From the NCBI GenBank assembly GCA_025603075.1, contig MU626293.1:76466-140465 (forward strand): DNA of 64,000 bases. The letters run 5' to 3'. Origin of the DNA: Neoconidiobolus thromboides FSU 785 (lineage: Eukaryota; Fungi; Entomophthoromycota). Shown here piece by piece: positions 37,610 to 49,826 of the stretch (position 1 is its first letter; every line of letters starts with the position of its first letter). The notes below the pieces were generated by a model. The model was not told where the DNA came from. It ran no database searches and was given only the letters and a program-made list of their open reading frames with translations. A program made the position numbers and the translations under genes.

Positions 37610-39396
37610 TTCTTTTTAAACTTGTTTGAAAATGAAAAAAATTCAAAATTGTTTTGAAATTTTTGTTTCTGTTTGTTATTTGACCATTTTTTGAAGCTTA
37701 AAACTTTCAATTATGTTTTATTAAATTCATATAAAAAACATCTAAAACTAGTGAATTTTGAAACTAACCCTAACCAATTAAGTAATGAATTTTTAATTGA
37801 AAAGCTTTTGCTTTAAATCTAAATAAACTAAATTATCAATTTCTAAAATGGAGTTTATTTTTAAACAACTATATTCAATTGATCTATTAAATATATAGAA
37901 ATCAGTTTGTAAGCTATTAAATAACCCTAAAAATATACAAGTTTAATCCTGAAATAGTATACTAATTAAAAAAAAATTATGATAAAAAATAAAAAAATGG
38001 TTTCTTTTTTATAAACAAACCCAAACATACAATCAGATGTAGTTGAAGCATTCTATAAATTTGATTTAAAGTTACCGATCACTTTATTAACAGCTGCTCT
38101 TTGTCTTATATTCTAGGGCGAAGCCTATTCTGGATACTATTTTGCGGAAGGAGGCTCTAAATAGACTTTGATATTCTAAATGCAAAGTTAATTGCTACTG
38201 TTATCTAATTAATAAGTTTTAGCACTGAAGGATATACACTTTGCTCATCTATAGTATGCCTTAGCATGTAAAGTATATGCTAAGTTATTCGATTTGTATA
38301 GTTGGTAATGTGGAAGTGATTTCTATTTATTCAAAATATCAAGTTTTAATTTTTAAAATAAATTTTAGTAAATTTTAAAGTTAATATATTTAAATAAATT
38401 ATTTTAATAATTTTAAATCATAACTCTATTTTATTTATCATAATTTTAAACCAGTAGATACGTTTTTTATTATAATACCTTTTAAATCAAGAGCTTATAA
38501 AGTATGTAACAATAAGACATTAAAACTTTGATACTGTTAATCTATAACACTTTTTAAAACTCAAAAGATCAATGCCCTTAAATCTGCTATTTACAAAGGA
38601 TTTAAACAATTTATGAAAGGGTAACAATAAGCCAGGAGACCAAGATCTCGGTAATGACTTGATTTGAAGCTAATCTAATGTTACTACATAAGGGTTTCCA
38701 AATTTACCAAATTTTCCATTCAATATAAATGCTAGAAAACTAGGGAGCAGAAATTAACCACAAATAACATAAATTGAGAATTGAAAGTCGAAGCAGTTTT
38801 AAATATTAAAGTTATTTTTGTCCAGTCCTAAAATTAAGACGCATGACTAGAACAGCTAGAGTGGCTTATTAAGGGGATGAGTAAAGAACCTATGCCTTAT
38901 ATTGTCTTTTGAAGCCTTACACAATAAGTGTTGTTCCTGATTTAATATATTAAAAATTAATTAACACTTTTATAAAAGGCAATTTTCAAACTAGATAAAG
39001 AAATAATAATAAATGCTAAAATAGCAAATTTAAACATCAAACATAAAACTAATATAAAATATGTAATTTGTAACTTTAACTGAAACAAGTAAGATACAAC
39101 CAAATACAGTGTTAGTATATTACCTTATCTTTATCGTTGTTTTGTTGATGTAAAAACTAATTTGAATAAAAACTACAAAATAATCAATTATTAAAAAAAA
39201 TCCTGAATATAGTAAATGTACAAAAATAGGTATAGAAACTAAATCATAGCGCATATAAAAGTCGTGAACTAAACTATGATAATTATAAATACAATGAAGT
39301 CACAAAAAGTAAATAGCTCTGGTTTTAAAACTATAAAACCCTATCGAATACTAATTTTTTTAAAAAAAAGATCACTTCTACTAAATTAAACCTAGA

Positions 39397-41064
39397 ATGA
39401 TGGTACTACCTTCAATTCTATTATTGCTTTGTATAAGCTTTAGTTTCAGCTACAAAATACTAATCCATAACGATTTCGGTACCAAATCACATATCAAGGC
39501 CATATTAGAGATAAGTGATTATCTGAGTAATTTAGGCCATCAAGTAGTTTATGCAACTCAACGAGATAAGTTGGCATTTAGTCAAGGATATAATGTGACT
39601 CAGCTTGCCCTGCCCGATATAAACTATCACTCTGATTCAACCTCAACTATCGATTCAAGTACAAAAAACATCAATAAAAATTTACTCAAATCAGCACCAT
39701 TTATACTATCTAGGTTACATTCTGAAAATTATATCAATTTATCCAATTTAAACAAAGAATCAAAGTTTGATTTATTTATTTGTGATTTCCTATCCAGTGC
39801 ATGCCAAGATGTAGCTTATATGCATGGTGTACCATTGGTAGTGGGTTTTCAAACTTTGGATATAGTGCCTGAATTAGGTGAAGGGTACAAAACAACTATT
39901 AACGGGATGGGCCCATTGACTTTAGATGGTCTAAACTTTTTCCAAAGATATTATTATAAATTTATGCTAAGGCTAAAGACAATGTGGATCAGAAAATCAG
40001 TAGAATACCAGATTACTCAAAGTCGATTGAAACATGAAATCAAGTCAAAGGCTTTTTTTGGTGACCTAAAATATGCTATAGCTATCGCTAACTCGTATTT
40101 TGGATTTGAAATACCAGCTAAAGCTCCACCCAATTTTCATACTATTGGACCATTATCTAAGGTATCAGAACATACTGAGATAAATGAAAAAGAATATCCA
40201 GGTGTCGTCAATCTTTTAAATAATAGTAATAACATCTTATACGTTGCTTTTGGTTCTTCGGTTGCTCTAGACTCCAATATAATGTATAAACTAATGTATT
40301 CAATCTTATATTCAATTGAAACTAAAGTGATTGATGGAGTCGTATGGGGTCTAGGAATCACTGGGATGGAAGGGCTGCCTGAAGAGATTAAAGTAGGGGA
40401 TACGGTTTATTATATAAAAAAGATGATCAACAATGAATATCCTAATATCCAGCTGTTAAAATGGGCACCACAATATTCCATTTTAAACCATAAGAACACA
40501 AAACTATTTTTATCTCATGGTGGATTAGAATCCATTACTGAAGCTACTATGACAGCAACGTCTATTCTTTGCCTACCCATTTTAGGCGATCAACTTATGA
40601 ATTGTAAAAAGATTAAGGAGATGGGTATTGGAATAAACTTTGAGTTAAATAGGGTTGAAAGCAACCAGGTGATCGATAGCATCAGAATAATACTTAAAGA
40701 TGAAGATGGCAAATATAAATTAAATAGTAAGAAGTACCAATTGATTACAAGTGGTACTCAAAAAAGAATTGAAATTGCTTCAAACGTTATTATTAAACAT
40801 ATTGAACTTGCCAAATTATGTAGACCATTTAGTCCATTTAATCCAAATAAGGATACTACACCTTGTGAGTTGACTCATCTTATTCATCCAAGTATGAAGC
40901 TAAGCCCTTTTGTAAAGTATAATTTGGATATCTATCTAGCTAACATTTTAATCCTTTGCTTTGTTTTGTTTTTTACCATTCGATTTAGTTGTTTTATTGC
41001 AACTAAAGCAATAGAAGCTGTACAATCAAAGATTCATATCAATGATAATAAGAAAAAAAAATAA
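39397..41064 (+). CDS. UDP-glycosyltransferase (GT1, UDPGT), signal peptide + C-terminal TM + poly-Lys tail
   Basis: 555 aa, intronless. UDPGT signature WAPQYSILNHKNTKLFLSHGGLESITEA...LPILGDQ, N-terminal SH catalytic position, C-terminal TM and NKKKK*. Confidence 0.92.
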   Translation: MMVLPSILLLLCISFSFSYKILIHNDFGTKSHIKAILEISDYLSNLGHQVVYATQRDKLAFSQGYNVTQLALPDINYHSDSTSTIDSSTKNINKNLLKSAPFILSRLHSENYINLSNLNKESKFDLFICDFLSSACQDVAYMHGVPLVVGFQTLDIVPELGEGYKTTINGMGPLTLDGLNFFQRYYYKFMLRLKTMWIRKSVEYQITQSRLKHEIKSKAFFGDLKYAIAIANSYFGFEIPAKAPPNFHTIGPLSKVSEHTEINEKEYPGVVNLLNNSNNILYVAFGSSVALDSNIMYKLMYSILYSIETKVIDGVVWGLGITGMEGLPEEIKVGDTVYYIKKMINNEYPNIQLLKWAPQYSILNHKNTKLFLSHGGLESITEATMTATSILCLPILGDQLMNCKKIKEMGIGINFELNRVESNQVIDSIRIILKDEDGKYKLNSKKYQLITSGTQKRIEIASNVIIKHIELAKLCRPFSPFNPNKDTTPCELTHLIHPSMKLSPFVKYNLDIYLANILILCFVLFFTIRFSCFIATKAIEAVQSKIHINDNKKKK

Positions 41065-43080
41065 GGTATCAGTACTTTTGGTACATTAATGTCACTATTA
41101 AAAATAAATTTTCAAAAGGTACGTTTGTATCAATTTAGCCTAAAAGTCATTTAAGTAACATTTCAATATAAAATAATAGTATTAAACCAATTTTTCACTT
41201 CAAACATTAGTTTTTTGTAATAAATGAATGATTGACAAAAACTTTATAATAAATAAACTTCATTTTGTTCTAATACTAGATTAAATATTTATAAACTTTT
41301 ATATTTTACATCAATTTAATGCATATATAATAATGATTTTAGTGATAAGGATCATAAATAGGCAAGTTTAAAAATAACTTGATAGCTTAAGAGGCCAAAT
41401 TAGAGTGTATAGAAGATAAATGTAACAAATATTGAGAGATAGAAGTTAAAAAAATATGATACTCGAAGGGTGGAATATTATCGTAAAATGAGATACCAGC
41501 TATTTTTTGGCATGAAAATGACAATGTAAACATAGCCAAAATCTCATTACGGTATTCTACATTATATAAACACCAAACAAAACCATTGGCGTTGTTAGCT
41601 GGCCTTTTACTGATACAATAAGTTTTTTTACCTCGGTCTTTGAGATCGGTTTTACAGATATTAATATAATAGATTAGCTCTTTGTCATTGCTTTGGACTT
41701 CCATGGTAACTCTGGAGTTTTGTAAGTTGCCGTTAATGATGAAATTATATAATTTCAAGTCAGACTTACTCGAAGGGATTTGAATTAAATCAATCAAAGC
41801 CGATTTGTTACTCTCTTTTAGAGAAACACCGCGTAAGCTAGGATATAACTTGTACCATATGATACCACTATCCTTTTCAAATACATTCCAATTACATTTA
41901 TAGACCCTAGCATCTAATGATAGTTTACTCTTGATTGTAAACTGTTTAAGTGGCATATGATAGCTAGGTAACTCAGTTGATTCACTGATCATATTATACT
42001 CTGGTAGCACTTCCATGTTTTGACTATTGCTATTGTCGATTATGCTTTTTTAAATATTCATTTAGATTATTTTGTTTCTCCTTAAATACTTTATCCTTTT
42101 TATAACCTTCCAATTCAGGAGATTTCTTCTTATCGCATTACCAAATTAGTTAATTAAATTGTGATAATATAAATCTAATTGATTTTACAATATTAGCTAA
42201 GTGTTTTAAAATAGAATCCTTTTTTTCACTTCCTCAAAATATATAACACTATAATATACTTAAATCAGTTAGCCATTCATCTTATTTCATCCTTACGTTT
42301 ATCCCGTATAATAAATGTACCCATTTATTAATGATTCCTATACAAACTTGATAGTAACAATTTATATTGATCTGCTAATCAGCTTTCAACTTGAATTTGA
42401 TAATAGCCTTTATATTTGTTTTTTAATACCCAGATTTTAACTTTATTGCAGGGTTCAAACCAAAGTAAAACTACGTTTCGCTATTAGCTTCCAAGATTAT
42501 AAAGTCCTAATACATCTATTGATTTTTAGCCATTATTCATAGCCTTGTTTTGTTCTCGATTTCTTTTCCCCTACAAAATTACAATTCTGGTTCTTTATTT
42601 GTCAATTTAATAACCTCATATCAAACCCTTTAGCTTTTGTTAAAACATTTTACTAATTAATTACTGTCTTATTTAAGCCCATATTCGAGAAATACAGCTG
42701 ATGAGTGCGCCCCTTTAATTTATGGATTAATACTTGATTATTTTTTATCTTTTTTTTATTTTCTACGAACTGCCTTTTATTAAGCTCATGTTATTATGTA
42801 TTTACTATTAGCATTATTTTATACAACTAATTAATATGCTATAAGTTTTATTAATAGACTTTGGGTTTATTTAAAAAACAGCAACTAAGTTCTTTATCTT
42901 AATTTTTTCGAATAGGGTTTTTTATTATACAGTGATATTTAATTTTTTGATCCCTAATATTATCTATAAATTTTTTGTGGAAATTTTATAGTATCATATG
43001 AAGTAGATTGATCTAGACTGATTTAAAATTTATATGCTGGGTTATAGCCATAAGCTATTAAATTAAATTGAAAAAAATAT
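40787..43080. repeat. Segmental duplication unit A (UGT 3' end + LPxY gene + its upstream region)
   Basis: Colinear with 44722-47010 in coding and non-coding sequence, for example ctattaaattaaatt(g/t)aaaaaa at about 43055 and 46990. Boundaries are approximate. Confidence 0.75.
41387..42016 (-). CDS. Twin-LPxY family protein 1 (uncharacterised, 209 aa)
   Basis: Intact intronless ORF, LPEY-x8-LPSY; 46 differences from 45316-45945 by my count (about 78% identical). Confidence 0.85.
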   Translation of the reverse strand: MEVLPEYNMISESTELPSYHMPLKQFTIKSKLSLDARVYKCNWNVFEKDSGIIWYKLYPSLRGVSLKESNKSALIDLIQIPSSKSDLKLYNFIINGNLQNSRVTMEVQSNDKELIYYINICKTDLKDRGKKTYCISKRPANNANGFVWCLYNVEYRNEILAMFTLSFSCQKIAGISFYDNIPPFEYHIFLTSISQYLLHLSSIHSNLAS

Positions 43081-43930
43081 ATGGTAATTAAATAAAGATT
43101 ATTAAAAGTTATTTATAATATACATAAAACTAAGCTTGTATTGTACTTTAAGTTATATAAAATATAAACTTTTTTACTATTTTATTATTTTATAAATTAC
43201 TTATATATTAATAATAAATGTAATAAAAATATGTTCTTTTATCTAGAAATTTTACAATAGCTTTTCTATTTCAATACCATTTAAGAAATAGGAGAAATAA
43301 TGAAACTAAAAACTTTATATAATCAGCTTTATTTAGGCTAATTTATAAATAAAATAATTCTAAAATAAAATAAAATAAAATATAATAAAATAAAATACTA
43401 TAATTATATAAGTAAATTTAAAAAACATGTTAACACTATTGAACTTTTTCTATGATATTTATAGTTTTATTTTTTCCAGCTTTTAATTTTTTACTTGTAT
43501 AACTTTTGAGCTTAAAAAATACCTTTTTAATAAAATTTAATGTTAAAGTATAAAATGAGATTTTGATTATGAATACTTTAATTGAATAAGTATTTAGTAT
43601 TTTTCAAAAAAGTTATAATTTTGCTAGAAATCAATTTAGATTTTATTACCTGAAATAACTATTATAATTAAAAAAAAACTGTTTTTTAATTTTTTAAAAG
43701 CTTTGCTTTACTTATACCATATAGGCATTAAAACTAGATTTTCTAATAAAAATACAGTTAATTTTATAAATTGTATTATCATTTTTATTAAGGTTATTTG
43801 TTTTAAAATAAAAATCACCTTACATTTAAGATGACTGAAAATTATTACATTGCTTATTAGCTTATTGTATTTATTGAAACTTTTTAAAAATTACTTTACT
43901 AGTCTGTTTTTGTTTTATTTAATAATTGAA

Positions 43931-44037
43931 ATATCTGGATGTTTTTTTTGATTTCATCACTTTTTCCATTTTTTAAGTGCTATTTGAGTGGAAAGATTGT
44001 TAGTCCAATTCTTAAACAAAAAATTATATCCCCATAT
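43931..44037. mobile_element. MITE-like element copy
   Basis: atatctggatgttttttttgatttcatc...atatccccatat with the family core. Confidence 0.72.
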
Positions 44038-44313
44038 TGTTTTTACTTTTGTTATCAAATTTTCAATAAATTTAGAGTGTTTTTAGTTTAATTTATTAAT
44101 TTTCCTTCATCTCTATTTTTGATTTCACTTTTTTTGTTTTTAAATCTTTTAGCAATATTTTCAAATCCTTTCCTATTAACACCATGTTCTAAATATACCT
44201 TTTTAGCTTTTATTTAAAGATTTAATAATTTTTTGTCTTTTATTAGATGTAATAATAACTTTTATCTTTTTTGGCATTAAATACAAATCTGAAAAGGCCA
44301 ATTGGTAAAAATC

Positions 44314-44552
44314 ATATGGGGCTGTTTTTTTTAGTTTCATTATTTTTCCATTTTTTAAGCGCTATTTATGTAGAAAAATTGTCAGTAAAATTCTTAAATA
44401 CAAAAATACATCCTCATATAATTTATTTTTATTTTTAAGTTTTATATTTGGGGATGTATTTTTGTGTTTAAGAATTTTATTAATAACCTTTCCACTCAAA
44501 TAGTGCTTAAAAAATGGAGAAAGTGATGAAGCCAAAAAAAACATCCCCATTT
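44314..44552. mobile_element. Inverted pair of MITE-like copies (44314-44419, 44446-44552)
   Basis: Two full copies in opposite orientation separated by 26 bp. Confidence 0.8.
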
Positions 44553-44721
44553 ATTGATTAATAGTTAACAAATTATAATATAAAAAATAGCTTACTGTTT
44601 TTAAGCAAAACTGATATTAGCTTTGGGTCAAAATTGCAAGTAATTTTTCAACAAATTTTGGAGTATTTAAAATTTCAGTTCAGAAAACTAAAAATTTAGA
44701 ACAGAAAATTCGGGGTGAAAA

Positions 44722-44940
44722 TTATTATTAAACAAATTGAACTTGCTAAATTATGTACAGATCATTTAGTCCATTTAATTCAAATAACGATACTACCACA
44801 TTGTGAATTGGCTTATCATATTCATCCAAGTATGAAGCTAAGCTCCTTTTTAAAGTATAGTTTGGGTATCTATTTGGCTAATATTTTAATCCTTTGCTTT
44901 ATTTTATTTTTGTTTTTTAGCATTTGATTTAATTCTATTT
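44722..44940 (+). pseudogene. 3' fragment of the UGT gene (duplicated, frameshifted)
   Basis: Homologous to 40787-41000. It has compensating indels in tgtacagatcatttagtcc and gatactaccacattgtg, and CGA->TGA gives a premature stop. The 5' 460 or so codons are absent. Confidence 0.85.
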
Positions 44941-45315
44941 TAAAATAGTAAAGGTTGCTCACTGATTAAAAGTTTATGCTGATGATTAAATAAAATGATA
45001 TAAACCTTGTTGATGTATAACATTTTTTTTAAAATATTTTCCTAACAATGCTGTATTTGTTAGCTATTACTTTATAAGTTTAATCAATCTAGTATTTCAA
45101 TATAAAATAAGGGATTTTAAACTAAATTTTATAAATATTTTTATAATGGACTATTAAATTAAAACTTCAAAAATTTAGTATAAACATATTTTTTTAATGT
45201 ATTTTAGTATATTAAATATCTAAGAACTTTTTATATTTTACATTAACTAAATGGTATAATAATAATTTAAGGGATAGGAGCTATACATGAGTAGATTCAA
45301 ACACAAATTGGTAAG

Positions 45316-45945
45316 TTAAGAAGCCAAATTGGAATGTATAGAAAACAAGTGTAATAGGCATTGAGAGATAGAAGTTAAGAATATGTGATACTCAAAGAGT
45401 GGAATGTTATTATAAAGAGCGATATCAGCTATTCTTTGGCAAGAAAAAGCCAATGTAAATTTGGCCAAAACTTCATTAGGGTATTCAACATTATATAAAC
45501 ACCATACTGAATTATTACCATGATTGGCAGATCTTTTACTAATACAATAAGTTTCTTTATCTTGTCCTTTGAGGTTGGTTTTATAGACATTAATGTAATA
45601 GATTAGTTCTTTGTCATTGCTTTGGACTTCCATGGTAACTCTCGAGTTTTGGGATTTGTCATTGATGATGAAATTGTATAAATCCAAGCCAGTCTTACTT
45701 GAAGGAATTTGAATCAAATCAATCAAAGCCGATTTGTTACTCTCTTTTAAAGAAACGCCTCGTAAATTAGGATATAGCTTATACCATACGATATCACTTC
45801 CCTTTTCACATACATTCCAATTACACCTATGGATTCCAACGTTCAATGAAAATTTACTTTTGATTGTGAATTGCTTGAGCGGACTATGATAACTAGGTAG
45901 CTCAATTGATTCATTGATACTATTATACTCTGGTAGCACTTCCAT
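45316..45945 (-). CDS. Twin-LPxY family protein 2 (209 aa)
   Basis: LPEY-x8-LPSY; recent duplicate of 41387-42016. Confidence 0.85.
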   Translation of the reverse strand: MEVLPEYNSINESIELPSYHSPLKQFTIKSKFSLNVGIHRCNWNVCEKGSDIVWYKLYPNLRGVSLKESNKSALIDLIQIPSSKTGLDLYNFIINDKSQNSRVTMEVQSNDKELIYYINVYKTNLKGQDKETYCISKRSANHGNNSVWCLYNVEYPNEVLAKFTLAFSCQRIADIALYNNIPLFEYHIFLTSISQCLLHLFSIHSNLAS

Positions 45946-47746
45946 GCTTCAGCTTCTGTTATTGTTATGTTTTCTAAATAATTTTTTAAATAATTTTAAT
46001 TTTTTGTCACCTTATTTATACTTTATCCCTTTCGCAGCCAACCCAGCTCAGAGAATTTATACTTCTCAATTTATCCAATTAATTGACTTGATTGTGGATA
46101 TTTAAATTTAGCTAATAAGCTTATGTTGTTAAATTGGTTGCTTTAAAAATAGATTCTTTGTAATTGATATTTGCTTCCTTAATAGCTATGCTTTGTAAAA
46201 ATTCATAACACCGACAATGAACTTAAATTGGCTGAATATGTCTTCACCATCCCTGGATGTTATCTTGTGTAATATACATAGTCGTTCATAGCTATTTTTG
46301 AATTTGAAAAAAATATATATTTATTTAATAATCAGATTTCAAATTTATTACAAAGGGTTCAAAATCAAAATGAAATCACTTTTTACTACAGATCCCCAAA
46401 ATATAAAACACTAGTACATCCATTGGTTTTTAGCTTACTTTTGATGATCTCATTTTATTTTCGATTTTCTACCCAAAAGTTTCATTTTTTAGTTTATTAT
46501 TAATTTAGTAAAGTTCGATTTAAGCCTTAGTGTTTCTATTTTGAAATATTTTAATAAATACCTATTTAATTTAAGCTGTTTTCCGATCAGTATAGCCAAT
46601 AAACATATCCTTTTGACTCGTATGTTAATACTCAATTTTTGACTATTTGTTTTGGTTTCAACAAGTTATCTTTTACTAAATATTACCTATTGTAGTCATT
46701 ATCTGTATTATACTATATTATTTAATATGTAGTTAATTAGGACCTTATGTGTTTGATTAATCAACTAACTTTTATATATTATTTTAATAATTATAATTGA
46801 GTTATCTTTTTTGATTCTTATAAATTTCAAAAAATAGTATACCATAACTTTTGGCTTCTCTTATCAATCCTTGTAATTATTTTCGTTTTTTGGGGGATAA
46901 TTTCGGACCTTGGGCAGAACAATGCTTACATATCGACCCCAAAACTACACTCCTTTAAAGAGCTATATACCCATTTGTAACCACAAACTATTAAATTAAA
47001 TTTAAAAAATATTCCTGATAACTAAATAAAAACTCCATGTGTTTATAAATTTGCTTTATATAGAAGTTCAAAAATTCTACTACATTTCGTTATTATTAAC
47101 TGAATAACCTCTCTGCTTCATAAGCGGATACTAAATAACTTAAGTTTTTAAATCTTAAATTACCTATTACTACATTTAAGCCCTAATTAATAAAAAGTGT
47201 ATTCTTTATACAAAAAACTGGTATAATACATTTCATTAAATCATTTAATGTATCAAACAAAACTAACTTAAACATGTAAGTTTATTAACTAAGAGATTGG
47301 AGCTTACCATCTGATTTTAACTATTGTTTAGACCAATTGTGTAAAAGTATGCAACTAAGGTTTATAGTCTTTTTGATAAAACAAAAAGTACCTTATTCAT
47401 TAACTAAACCCTTGACGTATTCAGGGATTTTCATTAGAATTTAGTCAGGGACAATTTTAGAATTACCCGTTATGTATGAGTTGAAATAGAATTACAAATC
47501 ATTTAGAGAAAGACAATCAAAGTACTTTTGATTTTAATAAACAAGAAACTAAAGTACTCTACTTAGACAATATACCAACCCAATTAAACACAATCTGTGT
47601 TTTTATAATCTGTTGTTTTTCATTTAAAGATTTGATGATAGGATTAATCTTTTATATTGGCATGAACTTTTAGATGAAAAAAATACTCAGGCTTTGTTTG
47701 AACTCAAAACTAAAATTAAGTACCATTTTAATATTAAAAATTGGTA

Positions 47747-47820
47747 CGCTCATAGCTGGGATCGAACCAGCAACCTCTCGATTAACAGTCGAACGCGCTA
47801 GCCAATTGCGCCATACGAGC
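47747..47820 (-). tRNA. tRNA-Asn (anticodon GTT)
   Basis: Reverse complement GCTCGTATGGCGCAATTGGCTAGCGCGTTCGACTGTTAATCGAGAGGTTGCTGGTTCGATCCCAGCTATGAGCG; cloverleaf with GTTCGA T-loop. Confidence 0.93.
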
Positions 47821-48135
47821 CCCTTTCTTCTTTTTATTGTCAAATATAATATTTAAAGAAAAGATACAGATTTTAATATTCGTAAGATAGTTTCTGTTTT
47901 ATTGATTCGCCATTAAAGCCTTTTAACTTTATTAACATATACAAATAATACTACTCCTTTTGTTTTTTATCTGTTTTGAATTTTCCATTTACTAAATAAG
48001 CCTTCTAAGATTACTACATATATCATACTTTATAGTTCATTATTATTATAACTTTAATAATTTTTGAACTAGATTTAAACTAGCATTTAAACTTATGTGC
48101 TAAAAGTTAATAAGAACAAAGTTATTAGAAACTAA

Positions 48136-48242
48136 ATATGGGGGTGTTTTTTTTGACTTCATTACTTCTTCCGTTTTTTAAGCATTATTTGAGTAGAAAA
48201 ATTGTTAATAGAATTCTTAAACACAAAAAAACATCCCCATAT
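48136..48242. mobile_element. MITE-like element copy
   Basis: ATATGGGGGTGT...ACATCCCCATAT. Confidence 0.82.
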
Positions 48243-48412
48243 AACTAAATAAAATTAATTTATTTGTAGTATTTAAAAGCAAAATTTAATTATTTGACCA
48301 CATGAAATAAAAATAAAAATAAAAATTTGAGAAAAATTTCATAATAACTTGCCAAAAAATATATATAATATATAAAATATATGAAAATTTTTAATAAAAT
48401 ATAAAATTGTGT

Positions 48413-48439
48413 TAATAATAATAATAATAATAATAATAA
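48413..48439. repeat. (AAT)n microsatellite
   Basis: About 9 AAT/TAA units, read directly. Confidence 0.85.
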
Positions 48440-48458
48440 GTGTAAATATAATAAGAAA

Positions 48459-48918
48459 TGTGAAATATCGCTTTGTCAGCTCTATGATTGATTATAACAG
48501 ATAATAACTTAAGTTGCTGTGTCCTTGAGTTCGGAGACAACCAATTCTAGGCTCTTATTTTGATACTATGGGAATTTCTAATTTCATATTACAAACAATA
48601 TTATTCTCTCATTTTGATATCCATACTTGTTGCAGTATAAAAAAGATTCTTCAATATAATAACTCGAGGCTTTTTAACTGAATCGTTCTCTGATATTGTA
48701 CCTCTAATAAAGCCACTAAATCTTTCTGATAATATTTTATATAGATTTTACAGTAACATTATCTATTCTATTTGCCTTCCATAGTCTGTAACCTAATACG
48801 TGCTACTCTTCATAATTCAAGTCTATCTTAGTCATATAAAATAGGACCTTTAAACTTACAGCTGGCCAATCAAGCAAGAACTGCTTTTGATTCCAAGCAC
48901 TGAATATCAAATTTCATA
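48459..48918 (+). mobile_element. Solo LTR (LTR-A, copy 3, most diverged)
   Basis: TGTGAAAT...ATTTCATA (terminal CA mutated to TA), colinear with the other copies; no TSD evident. Confidence 0.78.
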
Positions 48919-48920
48919 TC

Positions 48921-49245
48921 TATTTGATAGGAAGTTTGCAATATTAGCTACAAAGCAGTTAATAATAGATACTTCTTAATAATGTTTTATAAAAATATGT
49001 ATTTATTTACATACTACAGCCTTGATTAATGCTAATATATAGGTTATATTAGTAGAAGCCTTGGTAATATGGTGCTTTTCATTAGATTTAATAGAAATCC
49101 TTCTAACTTATAATATAGATTATAATAAAATAATTTAAAGCTATATTAGATATTTCTGCTTTTAATAAAAATAGTTCTATAGTTTTAAGCAAAATTTTTA
49201 AAACATAAATTTTTTACAAATTAAGCAAAAATGAAATTAATTTAG
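48921..49245. repeat. Dispersed ~300-bp repeat (family C, copy 2)
   Basis: Colinear with 29234-29540; abuts the LTR at 48918. Confidence 0.6.
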
Positions 49246-49826
49246 ATATCTCTATATCATAATTTTAAAGATAACTTTTATATTTATTCAAATAAATTAA
49301 TAAATAGTTTAATTTAAAAATAAACATAAACATTCTAAATTAAGAAATGTTCATATTTTATTATTTCTTATTACTTTGTTTTTTGTTTTAATAATATTTA
49401 ATAGTTTTTTATCAATACAATAAATTGTAGGAATAAAATATACTTTAATCGAAGTGTTGAATTATTGAACTGATATGAAAGTCTCTGTAAGCTAGTCCAT
49501 ATTTAAATGCTATTTGTAAGCAGCTTTATTAAAAGGAAAAATAATGATGGTTGGTAGTACGTATTAAATTGAAAAGTGACATAATGGTTATTATTGCATC
49601 ATTTCGTTAAAAATGAAATGATAGGAATTTTTAGAACTAATATTGAGAGTTTTTCGGATAATTCTAATTTTAGATTGTTATATTGTTGATAAGTTTTAAA
49701 ATTTCACATTGAAAATAGGTAGCAAAATGGAATAAAAAATAGTAATAAATTTATTTAATAATAATGATATAATAAGACTACCAATGGCAGCTAGTAAGTT
49801 AAAAAATAAGACTAATAAATACACAT

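Larger units (their letters stand above)
44722..47010. repeat. Segmental duplication unit B
   Basis: See unit A: same order of UGT 3' end, convergent LPxY gene and upstream non-coding DNA. Confidence 0.75.

Noticed and set aside
43100-43900. Extremely AT-rich tract as a centromere or origin
   Set aside because: No diagnostic motif; similar AT content occurs in other intergenic regions of the window.
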